From Candidatus Eiseniibacteriota bacterium (GTDB lineage: Bacteria; Eisenbacteria; RBG-16-71-46): a stretch of DNA of 64,000 nt. The stretch lies in contig OY970178.1 in assembly GCA_963707915.1 (NCBI GenBank), positions 608,001-672,000 of the forward strand, in the 5' to 3' direction. This document shows positions 43,249-55,759 of this stretch, piece after piece. Each line of letters begins with the position of its first letter. The stretch's first letter is position 1. Made by a program: the position numbers and the translations under genes. The notes under the pieces are model-generated. The model did not search any database. It was given only the letters and a program-made list of their open reading frames with translations, and had not been told where the DNA came from.

Positions 43249-44010
43249 ATGGAGATGATGGCGCAGCCCCCCGCGGCCGGAGTGCAGTCGGAGCCCGTGA
43301 TGTCGGTCTGGGAACGCTCGTTGGCGATCTTCGCCCGCCCCGCCCAGGCGTGGGCCGGGCTCGAGCACCGGGGCCGGTGGTGGTTCCCGCTGGCCGTCAG
43401 CGTGCTGGTGTCGGTCGCCTCCACCGGCGTGATCTACCAGAGGGCCGTCGTCCCCACCCAGCTCGCCCAGCTCGACCGCCAGGTGGAGGCCGGGCAGATC
43501 CCCCCGGAGACGCTGGACGAGTTCGAGCGGCGCGTGTCGAGCCCCGCGACGCTGGCCATCACCCTGGCCTCCATCGTGATCGTCCTGCCGGTGATGAGCC
43601 TGGCCTTCGCGCTGATGCCGTGGATGGCCGCAGGGTTCATGCTGGGGCGCAGGTTCCGGTACCGGGACGCCTTCGTGGTGACCGCCTGGGCCGGCCTGGT
43701 GAGCATCCCGGCCCAACTCCTGACCTCCGTGCTGGCCTGGACCAACGAGACCATGACCAACATCCACGTCGGCTTCGGCGTGCTGCTGCCGGTCGTGGAT
43801 CCGCCTTCGAAGCTGCTGGTGGGGCTGGGGACGTTCCTCGACCAGGGCATCGGCCCCTTCGCGATCTGGTCGTTCGCAGTGCTGGCCCTGGGGACGGCGG
43901 CGCTCTCGGGGGCCCCGCGCCGGTCCGTGGTGCTCGCGCTCGGGGGGATCTGGCTGGTCGTCATGGCGATCATCTCGGTCATGGCCGGCGTCCTGACGCC
44001 CGGGGCCTGA
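43249..44010 (+). CDS. Yip1 family membrane protein (YknW-like)
   Basis: IFARP...W..L...WWFPL, multiple TM helices, GPFAIW..AVLALG; adjacent to a MacAB-type exporter. Confidence 0.8.
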   Translation: MEMMAQPPAAGVQSEPVMSVWERSLAIFARPAQAWAGLEHRGRWWFPLAVSVLVSVASTGVIYQRAVVPTQLAQLDRQVEAGQIPPETLDEFERRVSSPATLAITLASIVIVLPVMSLAFALMPWMAAGFMLGRRFRYRDAFVVTAWAGLVSIPAQLLTSVLAWTNETMTNIHVGFGVLLPVVDPPSKLLVGLGTFLDQGIGPFAIWSFAVLALGTAALSGAPRRSVVLALGGIWLVVMAIISVMAGVLTPGA

Positions 44011-44024
44011 GCCGCCGGACTTCG

Positions 44025-44050
44025 TGCAACACAATCGGTCGCATCCCGTA
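44025..44050 (+). promoter_or_regulatory. ECF sigma-type promoter upstream of tolC
   Basis: TGCAAC (44025-44030) - 16 nt - CGTA (44047-44050), matching the AAC/CGT ECF pattern. Confidence 0.55.
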
Positions 44051-44100
44051 TACAGAACAGGCGCGTCCGGATGGACGGACGCCATCCATGGAGGATCCGC

Positions 44101-45462
44101 ATGAGCAGGACGAGCCGGACCATCGCCAGCGTCGCCCTTGCGGGGGTCGTCTGGCTTGCCTCGGATTGCGCCGCGCAGCCGGTGCTGACCGCGGATGACG
44201 CGGTGAAGATGGCCCTGGAGCACAACAGCCAGGTCATCAACGCCGGCGCGGACGTCCTGAGCGCCCGGGGCGGCCTCTACCGCGGGCTCTCGGGCGTGCT
44301 GCCGTCGGTGTCGGCGGGCCTGTCGCGCTCCGGGTCGTGGAACGAGAACAAGCCGGGCACGCAGGCGTTCGCGGGGGCGACCTTCGAGACCCCGCTGCGC
44401 TCCGAGACCTACCAGACCCAGCCGGGCCTGTCGGCGACCTGGAACGTCCTCAACCTGTCCTCGCTGGCGGCGCTGTCCTCGGCCCGCTCCGGCCTGACGG
44501 GAACGACCTGGCAGCGCGTGGCGGTCCGGAACCTGGTGGCGCTGCAGGCGCGCCAGCAGTTCTACGAGGTGGTGAAGGCCGCCAAGCTGGTCGAGGTCAA
44601 CGACAACGCGCTCCTGCTGGCGCGCGACAACGAACGCCGCGTGCGGGTGCTGTTCGAGGTGGGCTCGGTGTCCCGCAGCGACCTGCTGAAGACCCGGGTC
44701 CAGACCGCCCAGAGCCAGCTCGACTCGATCGGCGCGCTGCAGTCGCTGCTGGTGCAGCGCAACGCGCTGGCGAGCCTGATCGGCGTCGCCGAAGCCGCGA
44801 TGGGCAGCGTGGACACGGTGCTCGTGATCACGCCCCGCGACTACGACGAAGCGGCTCTGCTCCGCGAGGCCGAGGCGAACCGGCCCGATCTCAAGGCGGC
44901 CGCCGCCGGACTGCGCTCGGCGCGTGCCACGCTGCTCTCCGCGCGGATGCAGCGCCTGCCCTACGTGAGCGTGTCGGGGAGCGCCACCTTCAACCCGGTC
45001 ACGACCACCAAGAACACGCTGGCCGACACGCTGGGGGTCGAGTTCAACCGGAGCAGCCGGTCGGAATCGGAGCGGCAGCTGGCGGCGCGCGTCTCGCTCA
45101 ACTGGGACTTCTTCGACGGGTTCTCGACCGACGCCGGCGTCGCCTCCGCGCGCGCCGGGCTGCTCAAGGCGCAGGAGGCGCACGACGCGCTGCGCCGCGA
45201 CCTCGCGGGCGAGGTCCACCAGGCGGCGCTCACCTACCAGCAGGCGCTGGCGGCGCACAACGTCGCGGGCAGCGCGGTGGAATCGGCGACCGAGAACATG
45301 AAGCTGACGCAGCAGAAGTACAACGTCGGCTCGGCGACCATCCTCGATCTCATCGATGCGCAGGTGCAGCTCCAGCGTGCGCAGAGCCAGCTCGTCTCGG
45401 CCCTCGCGGGGATCCGCGTGGCCGAGGCGCGCCTCGACCAGGTGCGCGGCCGCGGCGTCTGA
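44101..45462 (+). CDS. TolC family outer membrane efflux protein
   Basis: Signal peptide, two OEP repeats ([27 protein letters not shown]). Confidence 0.9.
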   Translation: MSRTSRTIASVALAGVVWLASDCAAQPVLTADDAVKMALEHNSQVINAGADVLSARGGLYRGLSGVLPSVSAGLSRSGSWNENKPGTQAFAGATFETPLRSETYQTQPGLSATWNVLNLSSLAALSSARSGLTGTTWQRVAVRNLVALQARQQFYEVVKAAKLVEVNDNALLLARDNERRVRVLFEVGSVSRSDLLKTRVQTAQSQLDSIGALQSLLVQRNALASLIGVAEAAMGSVDTVLVITPRDYDEAALLREAEANRPDLKAAAAGLRSARATLLSARMQRLPYVSVSGSATFNPVTTTKNTLADTLGVEFNRSSRSESERQLAARVSLNWDFFDGFSTDAGVASARAGLLKAQEAHDALRRDLAGEVHQAALTYQQALAAHNVAGSAVESATENMKLTQQKYNVGSATILDLIDAQVQLQRAQSQLVSALAGIRVAEARLDQVRGRGV

Positions 45463-45485
45463 CCCGGAAAGAAGGAGTCACCCAG

Positions 45486-46774
45486 GTGAAGAGCAAGAAG
45501 TGGCTGTGGATCGGTCTCGCCGTGGTGCTGGTCGCCGTGGTGGTGGTCGCGAACGTGCTCCGCAGCAAGGCGGGCAAGGTCGAAGCGGTGCAGTTGACGC
45601 GCGTGCGCCTGGAGGACATCACCTCGCGCGTGCGGGCCCCCGGGAAGATCGAGGCGAAGACCCAGGTCAAGGTGAGCGCGGACATCATGGGCAAGATCGT
45701 GGTGCTCGCGGTCAAGGAGGGCGATCGCGTCCGCGAGGGGCAGCTGATGCTCCAGCTCGACGACACCCAGTACCGTGCGTACGAGGGACAGGCCCGTGCC
45801 ACCGCCGCGAGCGCCCGCGCCCGCGCGCGCGAGGCCGAGCAGAGCCTCAAGGGCGCGGAGGCCACCTACCGGCGGCAGCAGGCGCTGTTCGAGCAGAAGC
45901 TGCTGTCGGAGGCCGAGAAGGACCAGGCCGACAGCGCGATCGAGGCGGCCCGCAGTGCCGCGCAGGCGGCGCGCCAGGAGGTCTCGCGCGCCGACGCGGC
46001 CGTGACCGGGGCCGCGGACAACCTGCGGAAGACGCGCTTCGTCGCGCCGTTCGACGGAGTGGTGAGCGCGCTGAACGTCGAGGCCGGGGAGAACGTCATC
46101 ACCGGCACGATGAACAACCCCGGCACCGAGATCCTGATCGTCTCCGACCTCTCGCGGATGCTGGTGAAGGCCGACGTCGACGAGACGGACGTGGTGGAGA
46201 TGAAGATCGGGCAGAAGGCGAAGATCACCGTGGACGCGCTGCCCGACACGTCGTTCCCCGGCACCGTGACCGAGATCGGCAACACGGCCAAGCGCTCGCT
46301 GACCTCGACGGTCGAGGGGCAGACCAACTTCGAAGTGAAGGTGGTGTTCGACGCCGACGTGCCGCAGGTCCGGCCCGGCATGACCGCGGACGTGGACATC
46401 GAGACGGAGACGCACCGAAAGACCCTGGGCGTCCCGGTGCAGGCCGTGGTGGTCCGCACCCAGCGCGAGTTGGACCGGGCCGCGCAGAAGCCGGGGGCCC
46501 GGAAGCGGCCTGCGAAGGGCGCCGCCGTCGCGGCCGAGGAGGACACCGTCGGTCGCAAGGACAAGGAGATCACCGGCATCTTCGTGGTGGGCAAGGACAA
46601 CGTGGCGAAGTTCGTCCCCGTCCGCACCGGGATCTCGAGCGAGACCGACCTCGAGATCTTCGGCGCCATCAAGCAGGGCGACACGGTGGTGGGGGGGCCG
46701 TACAAGGCCCTTCGCGAGCTCAAGCCCGGCGCCAAGGTGAAACGCGAGGCCGCCAAGGCCGAAGGCGGACGCCG

Positions 46775-46778
<4 letters not shown>
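45486..46778 (+). CDS. Periplasmic adaptor (MacA/YknX family)
   Basis: N-terminal TM, VKEGDRV..G, helical hairpin, APFDGVV, VDETD, RPGMTA. Confidence 0.92.
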
Positions 46779-48705
<1,927 letters not shown>

Positions 48706-48708
48706 CCC

Positions 48709-49980
48709 ATGGAAGCCCACCTGCTGATCGAGACCTTCCGGATGTCCACGCGTGCGCTGACGTCGAACCGCATGCGTTCGCTGCTCGCCCTGCTGGGGAT
48801 CGTCATCGGCGTCGCGACCGTGATCGGCATGGTCGCGCTGATCAACGGCTTCCAGCGCTCGGTCGAGCAGAGCATCCGCTCCATGGGCACGAACACGATC
48901 TACATCCACCGCATCCGTCCCGGGGTCCACGTCGGCGGGAACGAGATCCCCGACAGCCTCCGGCAGCGCAAGGCCTTCACCGTCGAGGACGGCCAGGCGA
49001 TCGCGACTTCGGCCCCCGCGGTGCGGGCCGTGGCCGCCATCAAGTACGACTACTACGGGCTGCGCCTCGGCTATCGCGGCAAACTGACCCGGGGCACGGA
49101 GGTGTACGGGACGGACGACAACTACCTCGTGGTCCACGGCTTCGAGGTCCAGCGCGGTCGCTACCTCAGCCCCCAGGACGTCGCCCGTCGGGCCAACGTC
49201 GTGGTCATCGGGCCCAGCACGCGGGAGGCGCTGTTCGGGAACCTCAATCCGGTCGGCCGGACCATCCGCGTCGGCACGATCCCGTTCACGGTGATCGGGG
49301 AGTACACCCCCAAGGGGAAGATGCTGGGGCAGGACCTCGACAAGTCGGCGGCCATGCCCTACACCACCATGGACAAGTACTTCTCCGCGCCCGCGGACGC
49401 CCCGCCCTGGGTCCCGCGCCGGGGCGAGCTGTTCCTGCACGCCGTCGCGAGGTCGCCCGAGCTCAGTGAGAAGGCGCAGCAGGAGATCATGGAGATCCTC
49501 CGGGTGCGCCGGCACCTGCGGAGCAACAAGCCGAACGACTTCGCGGTGTTCACCGACGAGGCGATCCTGTCGATCCTCAACCAGCTCACGGGCGGGATCG
49601 TGCTGGTCATGATCCTGATCTCGGGGGTCTCCCTGCTGGTGGGCGGGATCGGGGTCATGAACATCATGCTGGTGGCCGTCACCGAGCGGACCCGCGAGAT
49701 CGGCCTGCGGAAGGCCGTGGGAGCGCCGCGGAAGGCGATCCTCGCCCAGTTCCTGGCCGAGGCGATCATGCTCACCGCCACGGGCGGGGCCATCGGCGTG
49801 GCGCTGGGCTGGATCATCGCGGCGGGCGTGAGGGCGGCCACGCCGCTGCCCACGTACGTATCTCCATGGTCGGTCGTCCTGGGGCTGGTCTTCTCGGCGG
49901 CGGTGGGGGTCTTCTTCGGGCTCTACCCGGCCATGCGTGCGTCGCGGCTCGACCCGGTGGACGCACTGCGCTACGAGTAG
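48709..49980 (+). CDS. MacB/FtsX-type ABC permease 2
   Basis: NRMRSLL.LLGIVIG, GGIGVMNIMLVAVTERTREIG, LDPVDALRYE. Confidence 0.93.
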   Translation: MEAHLLIETFRMSTRALTSNRMRSLLALLGIVIGVATVIGMVALINGFQRSVEQSIRSMGTNTIYIHRIRPGVHVGGNEIPDSLRQRKAFTVEDGQAIATSAPAVRAVAAIKYDYYGLRLGYRGKLTRGTEVYGTDDNYLVVHGFEVQRGRYLSPQDVARRANVVVIGPSTREALFGNLNPVGRTIRVGTIPFTVIGEYTPKGKMLGQDLDKSAAMPYTTMDKYFSAPADAPPWVPRRGELFLHAVARSPELSEKAQQEIMEILRVRRHLRSNKPNDFAVFTDEAILSILNQLTGGIVLVMILISGVSLLVGGIGVMNIMLVAVTERTREIGLRKAVGAPRKAILAQFLAEAIMLTATGGAIGVALGWIIAAGVRAATPLPTYVSPWSVVLGLVFSAAVGVFFGLYPAMRASRLDPVDALRYE

Positions 49981-50017
49981 CGAGCCGCCGGCGACGGCGG
50001 CGCGCGCAGGGCACTCC

Positions 50018-50026
50018 TGCTATATT
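50018..50026 (+). promoter_or_regulatory. Extended -10 element immediately upstream of the uvrA start (leaderless candidate)
   Basis: TGC-TATATT (50018-50026), 6 nt before ATG 50033; no SD. Confidence 0.5.
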
Positions 50027-50032
50027 CCGGGC

Positions 50033-52933
50033 ATGACTCCGCGTGCCCGAACCCCGCGTCCGCTCCGGACCGCCCACGCGGCGCCGGCCCCTGCCGGGCG
50101 CGGGCTCTCCGACATCGTCATCCGCGGCGCGCGCGAGCACAACCTCCAGGACCTGACGCTCCGGCTGCCCCGGCAGAGCCTCATCGTGGTCACCGGCGTC
50201 TCCGGCTCGGGCAAGTCGTCGCTGGCCTTCGACACGCTCTATGCCGAGGGCCAGCGACGCTACGTCGAGTCGCTCTCCGCCTACGCGCGGCAGTTCCTCG
50301 GCCAGATGGAGAAGCCCGAGGTGGACTCGATCGAGGGGCTCTCTCCCGCGATCGCGATCGAGCAGCGCAGCGCGGGGTCGAACCCGCGCTCGACGGTCGC
50401 CACCATCACCGAGATCTACGACTACCTGCGCCTCCTGTTCGCGCGGCTCGGGGTGCAGCATTGCCCGGCGTGCGACACGCCGATGCGTCGCCAGAGCGTG
50501 CAGGAGATCGTCGACACCGTCGCGGGGCGGTTCGGCGGGGCGCGGATCGCGCTGCTCGCGCCCCTGGTGCGCGGCAAGAAGGGCGAGTATCGCAAGGAGC
50601 TCGAGGCGGTGCACCGCCAGGGCTACCTGCGGGCGCGGATCGACGGCGAGTGGGTGGAGCTGGACGATCCGCCGAAGCTGGCGCGCTACAAGCGCCACGA
50701 GATCGACGTCGTCGTGGACCGCCTGACGGTGGACGAGGGCGCGCGTTCGCGGCTGGCCGACTCGATCGAGACGGCACTCAAGCTGGGCGGGGGGCTGGTC
50801 GCCGTGGCGCGGGCCGAGGGCGTGCGCGGCGGCGAGGACCTGCTGTTCAGCCAGGGGGCGGCCTGCCCGAAGTGCGGGACCAGCGTGGCGGAACTCCAGC
50901 CGCGCAGCTTCTCGTTCAATTCCCCGTTCGGCGCGTGCCCGACCTGCGAGGGGCTCGGCAGCCTGCTCAAGGTGGACCCGGAGCGCGTGGTGCCGGACCC
51001 GTCGCTCTCGATCGCCGACGGGGCCATCGCGGCGTGGGGCGATGCCGGCGGCACCTGGGTGGGCGGTACGCTCAAGGCGCTGGCCAAGCGGTTCGACTTC
51101 TCCCTGCAGCAACCGTGGAAGCGGCTCCCGCAACGCGTTCAGACGCTTCTGCTTCACGGCACGGGCGAGGAGGAGGTGCGCTTCGAGTACAAGATGCGCA
51201 AGGGCTCCTCGTGGGTCCATACCGGCGCCTTCGAGGGGGTGATCCGGAACCTGGAGCGGCGCCATCGCGAGACGACGAGCGAACACGTCCGCCGCTGGAT
51301 CCACAGCCTGATGAACCCGCGGCCCTGCCCGGCGTGCCGCGGGCGGCGGCTGAAGCCCGAGAGCCTGGCCGTGCGCCTGGCGGGGCGCGACATCTCCGCC
51401 TGGGCGGCGTCCTCGGTGGAGGAGGCGCGGGCCGCGCTGGCGGGGCTCCGGTTCGAAGGGGCCCAGCGCGCGATCGCCGGGCCGATCCTCAAGGAGATCG
51501 AGAGCCGCCTGGGATTCCTCGAGGACGTCGGGCTCGGCTACCTGACGCTCGACCGCCCTGCGGCGAGCCTCGCCGGCGGCGAGGCCCAGCGCATCCGGCT
51601 CGCCACGCAGATCGGCTCGCAGCTCACCGGCGTGCTGTACATCCTGGACGAGCCCTCGATCGGGCTCCACCACCGCGACAACCAGAAGCTCCTCGCGACG
51701 CTGCTGCGCCTGCGGGACCTCGGGAACACGGTGGTGGTGGTGGAGCACGACCGCGACACCATGCTGGCCGCCGACTGGCTGGTGGACCTCGGCCCCGGGG
51801 CCGGGCGCCACGGCGGCCGCCTGGTCGCGGCGGGAACCCCGGCCGAGGTGCTGCAGGTCGCGGGCTCGCTCACCGCCCAGTACCTCTCCGGGGCGCGCAC
51901 CATCCCGGTGCCCGCGACGCGCCGCCCGGGGGATGGCCGGCAGCTCGAGATCCTCGGCGCGCGCGAGCACAACCTGAAGGACGTGGACGTGCGCGTCCCG
52001 CTGGGGACCTTCACCTGCGTCACCGGCGTGTCGGGCTCGGGCAAGAGCACGCTGGTGAACGACATCCTGCTGGCCGCGCTGCAGCGCCGGCTGCTCGAGA
52101 GCGGGCCGGTGCCGGGGGCGCACCGCGCCCTCAAGGGCGCCGAGCACGTGGACAAGGTGGTGGCCATCGACCAGAGCCCGATCGGGCGCACGCCGCGCTC
52201 GAATCCCGCCACCTACACCGGCACGTTCGGCTTCATCCGCGACCTGTTCGCGCGCCTGCCCGAGGCGAAGGTGCGCGGGTACGGGCCCGGGCGCTTCTCG
52301 TTCAACGTGAAGGGCGGCCGCTGCGAGGCGTGCGCGGGGGACGGGCTGCGCAAGATCGAGATGCACTTCCTGCCCGACGTCTTCGTGCGCTGCGACCTGT
52401 GCCACGGCCGGCGCTACAACCGCGAGACGCTGGAGGTGCTCTACCGGGGGCGATCCATCGCCGACGTGCTGGACCTGACGGTGGAGGAGGCGCTGGAGTT
52501 CCTCGGGGCCGTGCCGCCGCTCCGGCGCAAGCTCGAGACGCTCCGGTCGGTCGGCCTCGGGTACGTGCACCTGGGGCAGTCGGCCACCACGCTCTCGGGC
52601 GGGGAGGCGCAACGCGTCAAGCTCGCGACCGAGCTGTCGCGGGTGGCGACCGGCCGGACGTTGTACATTCTGGACGAGCCCACCACCGGGCTGCACTTCG
52701 AGGACGTGCGCATGCTGCTGGAGGTGCTGCACTCCCTGGTCGAGCGCGGGAACACGGTGGTGGTGATCGAGCACAACCTGGACGTCGTCAAGAGCGCAGA
52801 CTGGTTGATCGACCTGGGTCCCGAGGGTGGGGAGCGCGGCGGTGCCGTGATCGCCACCGGGCCCCCCGAGGTGGTGAGCCGCGCACGGGGGTCCTACACC
52901 GGAGAGGCTCTACGGGAGGTCCTGTCCCGATGA
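50033..52933 (+). CDS. uvrA: Excinuclease ABC subunit A
   Basis: [27 protein letters not shown], Zn fingers, two ABC domains ([17 protein letters not shown]). Confidence 0.98.
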   Translation: MTPRARTPRPLRTAHAAPAPAGRGLSDIVIRGAREHNLQDLTLRLPRQSLIVVTGVSGSGKSSLAFDTLYAEGQRRYVESLSAYARQFLGQMEKPEVDSIEGLSPAIAIEQRSAGSNPRSTVATITEIYDYLRLLFARLGVQHCPACDTPMRRQSVQEIVDTVAGRFGGARIALLAPLVRGKKGEYRKELEAVHRQGYLRARIDGEWVELDDPPKLARYKRHEIDVVVDRLTVDEGARSRLADSIETALKLGGGLVAVARAEGVRGGEDLLFSQGAACPKCGTSVAELQPRSFSFNSPFGACPTCEGLGSLLKVDPERVVPDPSLSIADGAIAAWGDAGGTWVGGTLKALAKRFDFSLQQPWKRLPQRVQTLLLHGTGEEEVRFEYKMRKGSSWVHTGAFEGVIRNLERRHRETTSEHVRRWIHSLMNPRPCPACRGRRLKPESLAVRLAGRDISAWAASSVEEARAALAGLRFEGAQRAIAGPILKEIESRLGFLEDVGLGYLTLDRPAASLAGGEAQRIRLATQIGSQLTGVLYILDEPSIGLHHRDNQKLLATLLRLRDLGNTVVVVEHDRDTMLAADWLVDLGPGAGRHGGRLVAAGTPAEVLQVAGSLTAQYLSGARTIPVPATRRPGDGRQLEILGAREHNLKDVDVRVPLGTFTCVTGVSGSGKSTLVNDILLAALQRRLLESGPVPGAHRALKGAEHVDKVVAIDQSPIGRTPRSNPATYTGTFGFIRDLFARLPEAKVRGYGPGRFSFNVKGGRCEACAGDGLRKIEMHFLPDVFVRCDLCHGRRYNRETLEVLYRGRSIADVLDLTVEEALEFLGAVPPLRRKLETLRSVGLGYVHLGQSATTLSGGEAQRVKLATELSRVATGRTLYILDEPTTGLHFEDVRMLLEVLHSLVERGNTVVVIEHNLDVVKSADWLIDLGPEGGERGGAVIATGPPEVVSRARGSYTGEALREVLSR

Positions 52934-54039
52934 ATCCGACTGCCGCCGTTCCCCGCGAGACGCCCCGAACGCCCCGCGCCGTCCCGACCGGCACCATGAG
53001 GGCCGTGGTCAAGGCCCGGGCCGGCACGGGCGTCGAGATCCGCGAAGTGCCGGTCCCCGTAGCGGGGCCGGGGCAGCTCCTCCTGCGCGTCCTGCGCGCG
53101 GGCATCTGCGGCACCGACCTGCACATCTACGAGTGGGACGACTGGAGTCGGAACCGCATCCGGCCGCCGGTGACCATCGGCCACGAGTTCGTGGGCGAGA
53201 TCGTCGCCGTGGGGGCGGGGGTCACCGACTTCGAGCCCGGCGAGCGGGTCTCCTTCGAGAGCCACATCGTCTGCGGCCACTGCACCGCGTGCCGCACCGG
53301 CAACGCGCATGTCTGCCAGAAGACCCGGATCCTCGGCGTGGACGTCGACGGCGGGTTCGCCGAGTACGCGGCGGCGCCCGCGGTCAACGCCTGGCGCGCC
53401 CCGGCGAACGTGCCGCTCGAGGTGCAGAGCATCATGGAGCCGCTCGGCAACGCGGTGCACACCGCCTTCTCCGGCGAGCTCTCCGCCTGCCGTATCGCCG
53501 TGACCGGCTGCGGCCCGATCGGCCTGTTCGCGCTGGGCGTGGCGCGCGCGGCGGGCGCCTGCCAGGTGATCGCCAGCGACGTCTCGCCCTACCGGCTCGA
53601 GCTCGCGCGGCAGATGAAGGCGGACGCCGTCATCGACGTGTCGAAGGAGGACTTCGTCGAACGGGTCGCGCAACTCACCGACGGACGCGGGCTGGACGGC
53701 GTGCTGGAGATGTCCGGCAACGCGAAGGCCATCCGCGACGGCCTGGCCGCGCTGCGCAACGGCGGCCGGCTGTCGCTGCTGGGCCTGCCTCGCGAGGAGT
53801 TCGGCCTGGACTGGAACAAGCTGCTGGTCTTCAAGGGAGTGACGATCCACGGCATCGCCGGACGGCGGATGTACGAGACCTGGTACCAGATGGACAACCT
53901 GCTGCGTACCGGCAGCCTGGACGTGCGGCCCGCCATCTCGCACGTCATGCCGATGGAGCAGGTGGTCGAGGGCATCGAGCTGCTGCGCTCCGGCAACGCC
54001 GGCAAGATCGTGCTCGTTCCCTGGGGGCAGGAGGCGTAG
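52930..54039 (+). CDS. tdh: L-threonine 3-dehydrogenase
   Basis: ICGTDLHIYEWD.W, GHEF, ESHIVCG.C..C, EPLGNAVHTA, GRRMYETWY; start may be 52996. Confidence 0.94.
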   Translation: MNPTAAVPRETPRTPRAVPTGTMRAVVKARAGTGVEIREVPVPVAGPGQLLLRVLRAGICGTDLHIYEWDDWSRNRIRPPVTIGHEFVGEIVAVGAGVTDFEPGERVSFESHIVCGHCTACRTGNAHVCQKTRILGVDVDGGFAEYAAAPAVNAWRAPANVPLEVQSIMEPLGNAVHTAFSGELSACRIAVTGCGPIGLFALGVARAAGACQVIASDVSPYRLELARQMKADAVIDVSKEDFVERVAQLTDGRGLDGVLEMSGNAKAIRDGLAALRNGGRLSLLGLPREEFGLDWNKLLVFKGVTIHGIAGRRMYETWYQMDNLLRTGSLDVRPAISHVMPMEQVVEGIELLRSGNAGKIVLVPWGQEA

Positions 54040-54189
54040 CCCCTCGCACCGCCGACCGGGGGCGCTCCCGGTCTGCGGCGGGCCCGGCACGGGTGACTCC
54101 GCCGGACGGCCCCGCGTGCCCGCCGGCGCGCGGGCGGGCACGCCGTCCACCGTGGTTCAGCCCGTGAATACCCCTGGACCGGGCGCGCC

Positions 54190-54218
54190 TTGACCGCATC
54201 CGGAGCCTTCGCTACCTT
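54190..54218 (+). promoter_or_regulatory. Sigma70-type promoter upstream of gcvT
   Basis: TTGACC (54190-54195) - 17 nt - TACCTT (54213-54218). Confidence 0.55.
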
Positions 54219-54249
54219 GCGAATGTCCGTCCATCCGCAAGGAGCCGCC

Positions 54250-55359
54250 ATGTCCAGTCACGCAGTCGCAAGGCCCACACCGTTCACCGTTTACCACCGT
54301 GCGCTCGGTGCGAAGCTCGTGGAGTTCGCGGGCTTCGAGCTGCCCCTGCGCTACTCCGGAGACCTGCGCGAGCACCTTTGCGTGCGCAACGCGGCAGGCG
54401 TCTTCGACATCACCCACATGGGCGAGTACCACGTCTCGGGGCCCGGCGCGGGGGAGTTCATCCACCGCATGGTCACGAACGACGTGCTGGGCATGCAGGT
54501 CGGCCAGGCGATCTACACGGCGATGTGCCGCCCGGACGGGGGCATCGTGGACGACCTGCTCGTCTACCGCCTGCCGGACCGGTGGATGATGGTCGTGAAC
54601 GGGGCGACGAACGCCAAGGACTGGGCGTGGCTGCAGGGCCAGGTGCCGGCGGGCGTCGAGCTGCGCGACATCAGCGACGAGACCGCGCTGCTGGCCGTGC
54701 AGGGGCCGAAGGCCGAGCGGGTGCTGCGCGGGCACGTGCCCGACGCGGCCCTCGACCTGGGCTTCTACCGCCTGATGGAGGGCGCGGCGTTCGGCGCCCC
54801 GGCGGTCATCTCGCGCACCGGGTACACCGGCGAGGACGGCTTCGAGCTGTATTTCGCCCCGCGCCACGCCGCCCAGGTATGGGAAGGGCTGATGGCGGCG
54901 GGCCGCCCGCACGGGCTCGAGCCGGTGGGGCTCGCGGCCCGCGACTCCCTGCGGCTCGAGATGGGCTACATGCTCTACGGGAACGACATCGACGACACGA
55001 CCACGCCGCTGGAAGCCGGGATCGGCTGGACGGTGAAGCTGAAGAAGGACGCGTTCAACGGACGCGAGGCCCTGCTGCGGCAGAAGGAGGGGGGACTCGC
55101 CCGCAAGCTCGTGGGCTTCGATCTCGATGGGCGGCGGGTCGCGCGGCACGGCATGGTGATCGAATCCGGCGGGCGCGCCGTGGGCCGGGTCACGAGTGGC
55201 ACGTTCAGCCCGAGCCTCGAGCGCCCGATCGGCATGGGCTACGTGGAAACCGCGCTGGACCGACCGGGCGGCACCCTCGAGGTGCTGGCCGGCGGGACGC
55301 GCCTCAATGCGCGCATCGCTCCGCGCCCGTTCTGGACGCGGGGCTCGCGCCGTTCCTGA
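54250..55359 (+). CDS. gcvT: Glycine cleavage system aminomethyltransferase T
   Basis: SD AAGGAG; FDITHMG, SRTGYTGEDGFE, GLAARDSLRLEMG. Confidence 0.97.
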   Translation: MSSHAVARPTPFTVYHRALGAKLVEFAGFELPLRYSGDLREHLCVRNAAGVFDITHMGEYHVSGPGAGEFIHRMVTNDVLGMQVGQAIYTAMCRPDGGIVDDLLVYRLPDRWMMVVNGATNAKDWAWLQGQVPAGVELRDISDETALLAVQGPKAERVLRGHVPDAALDLGFYRLMEGAAFGAPAVISRTGYTGEDGFELYFAPRHAAQVWEGLMAAGRPHGLEPVGLAARDSLRLEMGYMLYGNDIDDTTTPLEAGIGWTVKLKKDAFNGREALLRQKEGGLARKLVGFDLDGRRVARHGMVIESGGRAVGRVTSGTFSPSLERPIGMGYVETALDRPGGTLEVLAGGTRLNARIAPRPFWTRGSRRS

Positions 55360-55369
55360 GGAGGGTGCC

Positions 55370-55759
55370 TTGGGCTACCCGGATGACGTCCGTTACACCG
55401 CCGAGCACGAGTGGGCCCGGCTCGAGAATGGCATCGTCACGATCGGAGTCACGTCCTACGCCACCGAGCAGCTCGGCGACGTGGTCTTCGTGGAGCTGCC
55501 GGAGAGCGGCGCGCGCCTGGAGGCGCTCAAGGCGTTCGGCGTGATCGAGGCCGTGAAGACGGTGAGCGACCTCTTCGCCCCGGTGTCGGGCGAGGTGCTC
55601 GAACGCAATGGCGCCCTCGCGGACAACCCGGCGCTGGTGAACCAGGACCCGTTCGGCGAGGGCTGGATCCTGCGCGTCCGGCCGTCGGACCCGGCCGAGT
55701 ATGCCAAGTTGATGTCGAACGTCGACTACGAGCGTCACGTCGAGGAGCAGCACGCATGA
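55370..55759 (+). CDS. gcvH: Glycine cleavage system H protein
   Basis: TTG after GAGGAGG; HEWAR, LGDVVFVELP, EAVK lipoyl-Lys, VNQDPFGEGW. Confidence 0.96.
   Translation: MGYPDDVRYTAEHEWARLENGIVTIGVTSYATEQLGDVVFVELPESGARLEALKAFGVIEAVKTVSDLFAPVSGEVLERNGALADNPALVNQDPFGEGWILRVRPSDPAEYAKLMSNVDYERHVEEQHA

Noticed and set aside
54040..54249. Glycine riboswitch upstream of gcvT
   Set aside because: No GGAGA...CCGAAG / CTCTCAGG core; the predicted promoter leaves only about 25 nt of leader. Only a GC hairpin (GACCGGG/CCCGGTC) is present
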